Positions 18,852 through 26,834 of a stretch of 64,000 nt of DNA are shown here, one piece after another. The stretch spans positions 1 through 64,000 of IMG/VR virus record IMGVR_UViG_3300045988_126112; one strand, written 5' to 3'. The notes under the pieces are model-generated. The model made no database searches and was not told where the DNA came from. It worked only from the letters and a program-made list of their open reading frames with translations. How positions within the stretch are numbered: position 1 is the first letter of the stretch; the number at the start of each line of letters is the position of its first letter. The DNA is from a virus. The translations under genes were made by a program, and so were the position numbers.

Positions 18852-19448
18852 ATGGTTAATAGAAAAATAAAAGTTATAAGAAATTGTATGAAGAGTTATG
18901 CTAAAGAAATGTTTTTAGGTCTATATCAATCAGATGTATTTTACAATGATACATCTATTGAAATCAAAAGTAAGACTAAACAATTAATCAGAGTTTATAA
19001 AATTATAAATTTTGATTTATCATGGTACAGAGCTTCTAAGAAAAAATTATTAGAAGCAAACTATGAAGACAATAAAGAAATAAGAAATGTTCTTAGAAAG
19101 ACTAGAGGATTCTTAGCTAATCTATTATTGAAAAATTTTAATATCAATACAGAAGTTTATGAATCAATAGAATATACGCTTTTCATTAAGTACAAAGGAC
19201 TTATAGAAGAAGCTAATGACAAAATATATTACTTAGAAAACTATGATTCATTTGAATTAGATAATGAAGATAGAATTCTAGTTGAGCATTTATTAGGGTT
19301 AAGAGATTTCGCTTTACCTTATAAATGCGATGTTTTTGAAAAGACATTAAAAGAAATCAAAGACTCATATTCAAAAGAAGACTTTGGTAAAATATTATTA
19401 CCAGTAGAAATTGATCATGATATTGACGTATATGCTTTATTACCTTAA
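18852..19448 (+). CDS. hypothetical protein
   Basis: 198-aa ORF with SD ctggaggt. No family recognised. Confidence 0.8.
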   Translation: MVNRKIKVIRNCMKSYAKEMFLGLYQSDVFYNDTSIEIKSKTKQLIRVYKIINFDLSWYRASKKKLLEANYEDNKEIRNVLRKTRGFLANLLLKNFNINTEVYESIEYTLFIKYKGLIEEANDKIYYLENYDSFELDNEDRILVEHLLGLRDFALPYKCDVFEKTLKEIKDSYSKEDFGKILLPVEIDHDIDVYALLP

Positions 19449-19456
19449 ATGTATTG

Positions 19457-19486
19457 TGGAGGGTCATTTAATGACTCTCCATTTTA
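19457..19486 (+). terminator. rho-independent terminator
   Basis: An 11-bp stem tggagggtcat/atgactctcca with one G-U pair and loop tta, followed by ttttat. Confidence 0.65.
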
Positions 19487-19545
19487 TATTTAAAAATATG
19501 AAAAACATATAATTATAATCATATTTTTTTTGGAGGGTGAGACAG

Positions 19546-21270
19546 ATGAATATTGAACGTAGAACCAAATATATGGGTCATCAAAAACATATTAATAAGG
19601 GGAATGTAAAAGCAAATATAAATTTTGACGTAAACACATTAACTTTAATGTGTAATTATATTATTACAGATAATAGAAATATAAGAAGGGGTCATTTGAT
19701 TAACATGAGAAATCTATTTGAAATAATGGATATGAGTAAATATCAATCAGACCCAACAAGATTAAAATGTATAAAATTCATCAAAAAAGGATTAGAAGCA
19801 AAATTAGAATTAGGATTAAAGAATCCACATTTAGTATTAAAGCATATAAATGGCGGTATAGTTGAAGATAATCAAGAAGCTATAGCTCATTTAGATGATT
19901 TTGCTATGATGAATACAAGAGAATTAGATTATATATCTAAAACAATATCAGAAGCTTTAAAATATGCTTATATGAGTAATGAAGCTGATGATCTATATGA
20001 TGTATTAACTAGATTTAGAGCTACAGATTATATAGATAGGGGCGAAATAGTATCTGAGCTTGAAGAAAAAATAGTAAATCTAAATAATAAATTTAGAAAA
20101 GCAAGAAGTGAAAATCAAGAAGAAATTATATTCAGTTTAAGAGAAGGACAATTTGAAGAATCAATGAAAGATATACACGAAAGTTTAACTAATCCAAGTT
20201 CTAGATTATATACTGGAATGAAAGGATTTAATAAACTTATTGGAGGTTCTTTTGAATCTGGAAGAACTTATATGTTAATAGGTTTACCAGGGGGTGGTAA
20301 ATCTTTAACTTTATTAAATTTAGCAAAACAAATAAAAATGAATAATAAACATTTTGTACCAAAAGATAAAACTAAAATACCAGTAATAGTATATCTTACA
20401 ATGGAAAATACTGTAAAAGAAAATGTTGATAGATTATTCAAAATAACGACAGGTAAAAATATGAGAGATTATTCGGCTGATCAAGCAATAGAAATGCTTA
20501 AAGAAGATGAATTATATCTTACAGATGATAATCCAATTGATATATTAATAGAATATAAATCTGATGGTAGTATAGATACTTCATATTTATATGATTTAAC
20601 AGAAAGACTTGAAGAAGAAGGATATGAAGTTATATGTATGATACAAGACCATATTAGAAGAATGCATTCAGTAGAAAGAAATAAAGAATTAAGACATGAA
20701 TTATCAAATGTTTCTAATGAAATGAAAACTTATGCTATGTTAAAAGATGTAGTATTTATAACAAATACACATCTAAATAGAGAAGCAGCTAAAACTATAG
20801 ATGATAATGCTAGAAGTAATAAATCAGATCTTATCAGAACTGTAGGTAGAGCTAATGTACAAGAGTCATTTGCATTAATAAACAACGTAGACTTTGCTGC
20901 ATTGATAGCAATAGAAACAGATGAAGCTGGTAATAAATATATGGGATTTAAAAGAATAAAAGAAAGATTTGAAGTAGATTTGAATTTTAATATTGTATAC
21001 CAGCCATTTATTAATTCCACCTCAATAGCATTTATGGAAGATATTAATAATAGAAAAGATTTTTATAAAACTACATTAAAATCAAATAATAATGTTATAG
21101 GTGTAGTTAATGAACCAACTGAAGAAAAATATAAAATTCTTAATAATGAGATTCTTTCTGATGATTTTAGTATGTTTGATTATAAAGCACCAAAGAAAGA
21201 AACAACTAATTTAAATATAAATATACCAATAACAGGTAGAGATGTTATATTTATGCATAAAAAGGAATAG
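19546..21270 (+). CDS. DnaB/gp41-like replicative helicase (RecA-fold ATPase)
   Basis: GMKGFNKLIGGSFESGRTYMLIGLPGGGKSLTLLNLA matches the DnaB C-terminal domain Walker A context, and Walker B is VICMIQDHI. ATG 19546 is preferred because the track GTG at 19537 overlaps the SD tggaggg. Confidence 0.65.
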   Translation: MNIERRTKYMGHQKHINKGNVKANINFDVNTLTLMCNYIITDNRNIRRGHLINMRNLFEIMDMSKYQSDPTRLKCIKFIKKGLEAKLELGLKNPHLVLKHINGGIVEDNQEAIAHLDDFAMMNTRELDYISKTISEALKYAYMSNEADDLYDVLTRFRATDYIDRGEIVSELEEKIVNLNNKFRKARSENQEEIIFSLREGQFEESMKDIHESLTNPSSRLYTGMKGFNKLIGGSFESGRTYMLIGLPGGGKSLTLLNLAKQIKMNNKHFVPKDKTKIPVIVYLTMENTVKENVDRLFKITTGKNMRDYSADQAIEMLKEDELYLTDDNPIDILIEYKSDGSIDTSYLYDLTERLEEEGYEVICMIQDHIRRMHSVERNKELRHELSNVSNEMKTYAMLKDVVFITNTHLNREAAKTIDDNARSNKSDLIRTVGRANVQESFALINNVDFAALIAIETDEAGNKYMGFKRIKERFEVDLNFNIVYQPFINSTSIAFMEDINNRKDFYKTTLKSNNNVIGVVNEPTEEKYKILNNEILSDDFSMFDYKAPKKETTNLNINIPITGRDVIFMHKKE

Positions 21271-21278
21271 CATTTGAG

Positions 21279-21704
21279 CTATTCCTTATTTAACAAGTCT
21301 TGATTTGTAGTAATAAAATCTTCTTCAGATGAATATATACTTGAAAGTATAGAAGAAAGAGTACTAGGTCTTAATAATCTAATCTTTCTTTTATTAAATT
21401 CCTTTATATTAGTCATCTGATTTAAGAATAGTATAATATAATAGTATTCACAGAATCCATATAAGTCATAAGCCAATAATTTTGGTTTATAAATATACTT
21501 GTTAAATTCTTTGTCAGTTAGTTTTACTAATGCTGACTTTTCAAGAATCTCTTCTTGATAATCATTTAATACATTATGTACTAATAATATTTCAGAGTTA
21601 TCTATAGCTTTTTCAAATATAGATAGATTGCTGTAATATATATTAGAATCATAATCTTTATATTTTATAAAGCTTTCTAAAGTACATGTAGTTTCAACAG
21701 ACAT
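21279..21704 (-). CDS. hypothetical protein
   Basis: 141-aa ORF whose start overlaps the upstream stop. There is only a weak LysM/gpX-like flavour (KLLAYDLYG...YIILFLNQ). Confidence 0.7.
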   Translation of the reverse strand: MSVETTCTLESFIKYKDYDSNIYYSNLSIFEKAIDNSEILLVHNVLNDYQEEILEKSALVKLTDKEFNKYIYKPKLLAYDLYGFCEYYYIILFLNQMTNIKEFNKRKIRLLRPSTLSSILSSIYSSEEDFITTNQDLLNKE

Positions 21705-22054
21705 TAATCATACCTCCTATAAATGAAAGGTTTGTTGATGTCGCCACCAACGAAATTTACAATAAACTTTTGACCTGATAATCCTATAAGAGAAGAATCA
21801 GGACAAAGTTCTTTAGGAACATATAAATCTATATAGTTAGATTTAATACATTTATATGTACGTAATTCATCTTTATTCTTATTGATTATATTTGAATTAC
21901 TTACATAGCTAACTGTATCAGTTGGCTCCGTTTTATCAACCAATGGTAATAATGCAGGAATAACAACTTTAACATTACTTCCATAAGTAAAATCAGTTAA
22001 AGCTATAGCTATTTCTGTAGAATTAATAGTGGTCGTGTTGTATATTTTACTCAT
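21704..22054 (-). CDS. hypothetical protein (weak baseplate-spike OB-fold-like C-terminal motif)
   Basis: 116 aa. GQKFIVNFVGGDINKPFI resembles the GD.V.V.F..GD...P.I motif of gpV/gp45-type spikes. The function is not established. Confidence 0.7.
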   Translation of the reverse strand: MSKIYNTTTINSTEIAIALTDFTYGSNVKVVIPALLPLVDKTEPTDTVSYVSNSNIINKNKDELRTYKCIKSNYIDLYVPKELCPDSSLIGLSGQKFIVNFVGGDINKPFIYRRYD

Positions 22055-22072
22055 TTACAATCACCTCTACTA

Positions 22073-22082
22073 TATAATATAT
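22073..22082 (-). promoter_or_regulatory. ATATATTATA promoter-like motif (minus orientation)
   Basis: The plus strand reads TATAATATAT. It lies 19 nt upstream of the 22054 start in a divergent region, so strand assignment is ambiguous. Confidence 0.3.
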
Positions 22083-22114
22083 TTAATTAATAGTTTTGAA
22101 AGGAGAAACTTAAT

Positions 22115-22594
22115 ATGAGTAGTATGTTAGAAATGAGACAGAATTATGATCTGTTATTAGAATTTGGATTTGGAGTAAACAATGGTATTATCTATGACCA
22201 AGATTTAGATAAACCAGTAGAATTAGTTTATAATGGAAAATCTAAGATATTAATAAATTATATCGAAGGAACAAGAGTGGATTGGAGATATTATGAAGAC
22301 TTTAATCCATATTATAACTTTAAACAATTGAAAGCTTTAGTTGAGTATTATGTACAAAAACTTTCAATTGAAGAAGACCCAGATGAAAGAAAATATTTTG
22401 TAGTATTAGGAACTCAAAACAGTAAAGATGACGAGGATAAAGTTTGTATTGTTGGAATAACTGACCAACAAGAAGAAGTTCGTTCTAGATATTTTGACAA
22501 AAATCAAATCTATTTATGTTATATAGATTTTCTATTTGCATTATCTGGAAATTACAATCAAGATTTAACTCTATATACTTTAGATAGAGATTAA
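22115..22594 (+). CDS. hypothetical protein
   Basis: 159-aa ORF with SD aaaggaga. Confidence 0.8.
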   Translation: MSSMLEMRQNYDLLLEFGFGVNNGIIYDQDLDKPVELVYNGKSKILINYIEGTRVDWRYYEDFNPYYNFKQLKALVEYYVQKLSIEEDPDERKYFVVLGTQNSKDDEDKVCIVGITDQQEEVRSRYFDKNQIYLCYIDFLFALSGNYNQDLTLYTLDRD

Positions 22595-22621
22595 TTATAA
22601 AAAAATTAGGAGGTAGGTAAT

Positions 22622-22981
22622 ATGAAAAATAACACATTATCAAATAATTTAGAAATGCTAGAAAAATTAAGTGAAGTGCAAACTATAACTACAGGCTTTG
22701 GAGAATTTGAATTTTCTGTTCCTAGATGTATATTAGAACAAACAGAAGAATTATTATATGAATTAGATGTGCAACCAGAAATAGTTCCTCAATATAGTGA
22801 AAATAATATATTTTTACAATATGAAAGAGATGATGATGAATCTGTTCTTGAATTTACTATAGAACGTAATGGAGTAATAAGTGTTTACACTAACTATGAA
22901 CCTATTGAGGATTTAAGCTATGAAGAAATAGATTTAGACATAGATAAAATAAATGAAATTATATCAAAATTTTATAAATAG
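22622..22981 (+). CDS. hypothetical acidic protein
   Basis: 119-aa ORF with SD taggaggt. Confidence 0.8.
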   Translation: MKNNTLSNNLEMLEKLSEVQTITTGFGEFEFSVPRCILEQTEELLYELDVQPEIVPQYSENNIFLQYERDDDESVLEFTIERNGVISVYTNYEPIEDLSYEEIDLDIDKINEIISKFYK

Positions 22982-22982
22982 T

Positions 22983-23015
22983 ATAAATGGGGGAAATCCC
23001 CCATTTATATTTTTT
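22983..23015 (+). terminator. rho-independent terminator
   Basis: Stem ataaatggggg/cccccatttat with loop aaat, followed by atttttt. Confidence 0.8.
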
Positions 23016-23028
23016 GAGAGGTGATTAA

Positions 23029-24228
23029 ATGCTTACACAGGAACAAGAATATATAAAAGATAGAGCTATAGAATGGTGGAGAGGAGGAGGTCAAGTTTTC
23101 CAATATACTGGTGGACCAGGAACTGGAAAATCTTTTCTTTTAAAATATATAATAAAAGAACTTAATATACCTTGGTATAAGATAGCACCTATGGCTTATA
23201 CAGGTCAAGCTGCTATAGTAATGCGTTCATATGGTTTGGATAATGCTAGAACTATCCATTCTTGGCTATATGAACCTGTCATAGATTATGTAAGAAATCC
23301 AGATGGTACTTTTGCTTTAGACCCATATTTAAACAAACCTATTAGGAAATTAATGTTTGTACCTAAAAATTTAGATGATATTGATTTATTTGTTATAGAT
23401 GAAGGTTCAATGGTTCCGATATCTATGAAACAAGAAATAGAATCTAGAGGTAAAAAAATATTGGTTACTGGTGATATAGATCAACTACCTCCTATATATG
23501 GAGATAGTGCTTATCTAACTAATGGTCAATTATATAGACTTACTGAAGTTATGAGACAAAAGAAGAATAGTCCTATAATATATTTAGCACATAGAGCTTT
23601 ACAAGGGTTAGATATAGAGCCAGGAATATATGGAAACTGTAAAGTTATATATGATAATGAACTTACAGACCAAGAAATAATAGATTCAGATATTATATTA
23701 TGTGGAAGAAATGCTACTAGAGAGATGATTAATAATAATTATAGACATAATATATTACAAATAGAAAGAACTCTACCTGTACAAGGAGAGAGAATGATTT
23801 GTAGAAAGAATAACTGGCAAATAGAATCAGATGGAATTAATATAGCTAATGGTCTTTTAGGAATAGTAAGTAGAAGCCCAGGGTTAACAGATTTCGATGG
23901 TAAAATATATAAAATGGATTTTCTTCCTTTAATGAGCGATGGAGTATTTGAAAATTTAGAATGTGACTATAAATACTTAATAGGAACAAAAGAAGAAAAG
24001 GAAGAAATAAAAAATGATAGATATAGCGTTGGTGAAAAATTCGATTATGGTTATGCTATAACAACTCATATGTCTCAAGGTGGTCAATTTTCTAAAGGTA
24101 TCTATGTTGAAGAATATCTAAGAAGGGATATACAAAATAGACTTAACTTTACAGGCATAACTAGATTTAAAGATAGTATGATTTACGTAAAGAGAGCACC
24201 AAAAAATTATTTTATATATAATAGATAA
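23029..24228 (+). CDS. dda: SF1 RecD/Dda-like DNA helicase
   Basis: Motifs GGPGTGKSFLL (Walker A), FVIDEGSMV (Walker B), TGDIDQLPPI, and ITTHMSQGGQF with the C-terminal motif. Confidence 0.8.
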   Translation: MLTQEQEYIKDRAIEWWRGGGQVFQYTGGPGTGKSFLLKYIIKELNIPWYKIAPMAYTGQAAIVMRSYGLDNARTIHSWLYEPVIDYVRNPDGTFALDPYLNKPIRKLMFVPKNLDDIDLFVIDEGSMVPISMKQEIESRGKKILVTGDIDQLPPIYGDSAYLTNGQLYRLTEVMRQKKNSPIIYLAHRALQGLDIEPGIYGNCKVIYDNELTDQEIIDSDIILCGRNATREMINNNYRHNILQIERTLPVQGERMICRKNNWQIESDGINIANGLLGIVSRSPGLTDFDGKIYKMDFLPLMSDGVFENLECDYKYLIGTKEEKEEIKNDRYSVGEKFDYGYAITTHMSQGGQFSKGIYVEEYLRRDIQNRLNFTGITRFKDSMIYVKRAPKNYFIYNR

Positions 24229-24248
24229 ACATAAAAATAATTTTGAGC

Positions 24249-24258
24249 ATATATTATA
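24249..24258 (+). promoter_or_regulatory. ATATATTATA promoter-like motif
   Basis: Exact 10-mer 40 nt upstream of ATG 24289. Confidence 0.45.
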
Positions 24259-24288
24259 GATATGAAAATAATAAAAGGAGGTGTTATT

Positions 24289-24681
24289 ATGAGTAATAAT
24301 AACATGGGTAAAGAAGTAATAAATTTTAAACAAGGAGCTCTTCCAAGAAGAGAAAAGAGTGCTGAGATTATATATTTAGTCTTAGCAATTAAAAAAGATG
24401 ATGATGAAGAAGAACCATCACAAATAAATGAAGTAATACCAAATATGAGAGATCTATATGATTTCTTAATTGATAATTTCGAAGTGCTAGATTTAGAAAA
24501 TACTAGAATCTTCAGTTCTTCACCAGATATAAATAAAGAAGGACTTATAGATTTAAGAATATATAAATCAGCATATGAAATGCTTAAATATTTAGAAGGT
24601 ATATATGTACATGAAAAATTTAGAGTTGATGATGAGATACAAGAAAATGTATTTTACCAAGAATCAACTTTAGACTTATAA
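24289..24681 (+). CDS. hypothetical acidic protein
   Basis: SD aaaggaggtg lies 6 nt before ATG 24289. The track start at 24262 precedes the SD. Confidence 0.8.
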   Translation: MSNNNMGKEVINFKQGALPRREKSAEIIYLVLAIKKDDDEEEPSQINEVIPNMRDLYDFLIDNFEVLDLENTRIFSSSPDINKEGLIDLRIYKSAYEMLKYLEGIYVHEKFRVDDEIQENVFYQESTLDL

Positions 24682-24701
24682 AATAAGGAGGTCAATAATA
24701 T

Positions 24702-25169
24702 ATGCGTCCAAATAATAATAAGAAAAAAGAGAGTAAATATATTGAAAGAAACATTCAAAAAAGTGGAGCTAATTTTATGATGTTAAAGAGTCCAATAGAT
24801 GTAATGAAAGATGCTCCAAATATAATAAAAGAGCTAGTGTTTGGAAATATAGATTTGGATAGATGGGGTTCAATATTCATATTGAATCAATATATTCAAG
24901 GTCTTAAACAATACACAACTGAACAATACAATTTATTAGCAAGTTTAGATAAGATATATACTTTTGCTAATATGTATGGACAATTGAATCAAGCTGAATT
25001 TGAATTCCATACAAAAGTAATTAAACCAAAAATGATGGTTTATTACAACATATATGCAACTATGTGTAATATAGAGATGCAAAGATCATATATGCCAATA
25101 TATAAATTACAACAAGATCTTAGCACTCCATATATAAGAGAACTATTTAAAAATGATATAAGAATATAG
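24702..25169 (+). CDS. hypothetical protein
   Basis: 155-aa ORF with SD aaggaggt. Confidence 0.8.
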   Translation: MRPNNNKKKESKYIERNIQKSGANFMMLKSPIDVMKDAPNIIKELVFGNIDLDRWGSIFILNQYIQGLKQYTTEQYNLLASLDKIYTFANMYGQLNQAEFEFHTKVIKPKMMVYYNIYATMCNIEMQRSYMPIYKLQQDLSTPYIRELFKNDIRI

Positions 25170-25206
25170 GGGTATTTCTATGCCCCTATTGAAAGGAGAA
25201 AAAATT

Positions 25207-25614
25207 ATGTTAAAAAAATCTATGCAAACAATACAAGATATATTTAAAAAAATAGGGGTAGATAACTTATTCATTCAAGGAGATAATAGTAACTTCTTTC
25301 AAGTAGGAGATAATATAAGAGAGAATGCTGTTATCTTTGATGATGAAAATGAAATAATGTGGGCAATAAGATTATCACAAGATGTACCAAATTATCAATA
25401 TCGAATCTCAGGATTAGATTATGATGAAATACAATATCTATCTTGTGGTGCATCAAGACAACAAATTGAAGCTTTCTTGAAGTTATTCGGGATGGAAGAC
25501 GAATACAAAAGAAAATTCCCTAAATCAAAACTTGATAAGGGATTATATGAACACGTTAACGTGTTTAACCAAATCAAACCTAAAAAAAATACAGATGAAA
25601 ATGATGGTAAATAG
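25207..25614 (+). CDS. hypothetical protein
   Basis: SD gaaaggagaa precedes ATG 25207. The track start at 25180 lies inside the hairpin 25166-25189. Confidence 0.75.
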   Translation: MLKKSMQTIQDIFKKIGVDNLFIQGDNSNFFQVGDNIRENAVIFDDENEIMWAIRLSQDVPNYQYRISGLDYDEIQYLSCGASRQQIEAFLKLFGMEDEYKRKFPKSKLDKGLYEHVNVFNQIKPKKNTDENDGK

Positions 25615-25637
25615 TAATAATAAAAAATATTATAACT

Positions 25638-25647
25638 ATATATTATA
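25638..25647 (+). promoter_or_regulatory. ATATATTATA promoter-like motif
   Basis: Exact 10-mer 70 nt upstream of ATG 25708. Confidence 0.45.
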
Positions 25648-25707
25648 GAAAGGATAGATATATAAATCTATCAAAATATATTACCAAAATACTAGGAGGA
25701 ATGAATT

Positions 25708-26733
25708 ATGATAAATAACATGAATGGAATGTACCAAAATCAAGCATATTACATGAACCAAGGATATGGTTCACCAGTAAGAATGCCAAAAAGAAAAAAT
25801 GTTTTAACTGATGCTCAAATAGCATCATTAAACAAATCAGCAAACTTATTAGAGTTTACTGATGAAGAAATATTACAAAATAGCTGTGACCACATAAGTA
25901 ACCAAACTGGAGGTTTCGCTCTAAATGAATATACACCATTAGGTGCCAATGGAGCTAAATGTGAAAAATGTGGTGAAAAATTTAGACTAGTTGATGATTC
26001 AGTTGCAGTAGCTGCTGATAACAATCAATACACAGTAGACCTATTAAACACTATACAAACTTATGGTGTTGAAATAGACGAAGCTTTAAAACTAGAAATA
26101 GGTAAAATTAAAGCATTTGTTAAAAAGATTCCAAAAATGTATGAAGCTGTAATGTTAACATGGAATCAAAAATATGCACAATATGTTACAAACAATCAAG
26201 CAATGGGAGGAGGAGACAATGTTAAATTCTATGATTATGTAATGTCTGGAGCAATACCAATGTCAAATCCTTCATTGATGAATCAAAATCTACAAAATGC
26301 AGGTTTTTATATGAACCAACAACCTATGGGATATCAACAACCACCTATGTATAATGAACCAATGATGGGTGGATATAATCAACAAATGCCACCTATGTAT
26401 CAAGAACCAATGATGGGTGGATATAATCAACAAATGCCACAAGTTCCATATCCAAGTGCAATGCAACAACAAGCACCTCAAATGAATATGAACTATCCTG
26501 CAGGAGGTCAAGTTACAAATAATAACTCATTCTTCAGCAGTAATACAGGGCAACAACAAATGCAACAACCTGCATATAGTCAACCACCAGTTGGTGCAGT
26601 TCAACAACAAGCTCAAGCACAACAAGTAGGAGCTCAACAACAAGTGCAACAACAATATACACCACCAACTGTTAAAAAAGATAGTGATGTAGTAGACCCA
26701 AAACCAGTTGCTACTAAACCAATGAAAGCTTAG
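25708..26733 (+). CDS. protein with putative Cys/His metal-binding site and Q/M/P-rich low-complexity C-terminal half
   Basis: SD aggagga. The N-terminal half has CDH...CEKCGEKF. The C-terminal ~170 aa are rich in Q/P/M/N/G/Y and include the duplicated PPMY.EPMMGGYNQQM. Confidence 0.8.
   Translation: MINNMNGMYQNQAYYMNQGYGSPVRMPKRKNVLTDAQIASLNKSANLLEFTDEEILQNSCDHISNQTGGFALNEYTPLGANGAKCEKCGEKFRLVDDSVAVAADNNQYTVDLLNTIQTYGVEIDEALKLEIGKIKAFVKKIPKMYEAVMLTWNQKYAQYVTNNQAMGGGDNVKFYDYVMSGAIPMSNPSLMNQNLQNAGFYMNQQPMGYQQPPMYNEPMMGGYNQQMPPMYQEPMMGGYNQQMPQVPYPSAMQQQAPQMNMNYPAGGQVTNNNSFFSSNTGQQQMQQPAYSQPPVGAVQQQAQAQQVGAQQQVQQQYTPPTVKKDSDVVDPKPVATKPMKA
26341..26436 (+). repeat. 2 x 48-bp in-frame tandem repeat
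   Basis: 26341-26388 and 26389-26436 differ only in one codon (aat versus caa). Confidence 0.9.
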
Positions 26734-26757
26734 TAGTAACTGTAATAAATTAATGAT

Positions 26758-26790
26758 AAAGGATATAGGATTTTCCTATATCCTTTATTA
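26758..26790 (+). terminator. rho-independent terminator
   Basis: A 13-bp stem aaaggatatagga/tcctatatccttt with loop ttt, followed by atta ctttg. The T-run is weak. Confidence 0.65.
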
Positions 26791-26834
26791 CTTTGATTTG
26801 AAACGATAAACTATTTTTTATGAGGTGAGGTAAA

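Noticed and set aside
22622-22981. Checked small acidic proteins for a Ugi-like uracil-DNA-glycosylase inhibitor, since AT-rich Bacillus jumbo phages with split RNAPs use uracil DNA.
   Set aside because: No ORF resembles the Ugi sequence as I remember it, and nothing in the window (dUTPase loss, dCMP/dUMP enzymes) speaks to base substitution. No claim is made about uracil-containing DNA.
25166-25189. Hairpin ataggggta/tgcccctat overlapping the stop of 24702-25169 as a terminator.
   Set aside because: No T-run follows, and the next SD and ATG come within 20 nt. It is more likely a translational coupling or mRNA-structure element, and there is not enough evidence to annotate it.
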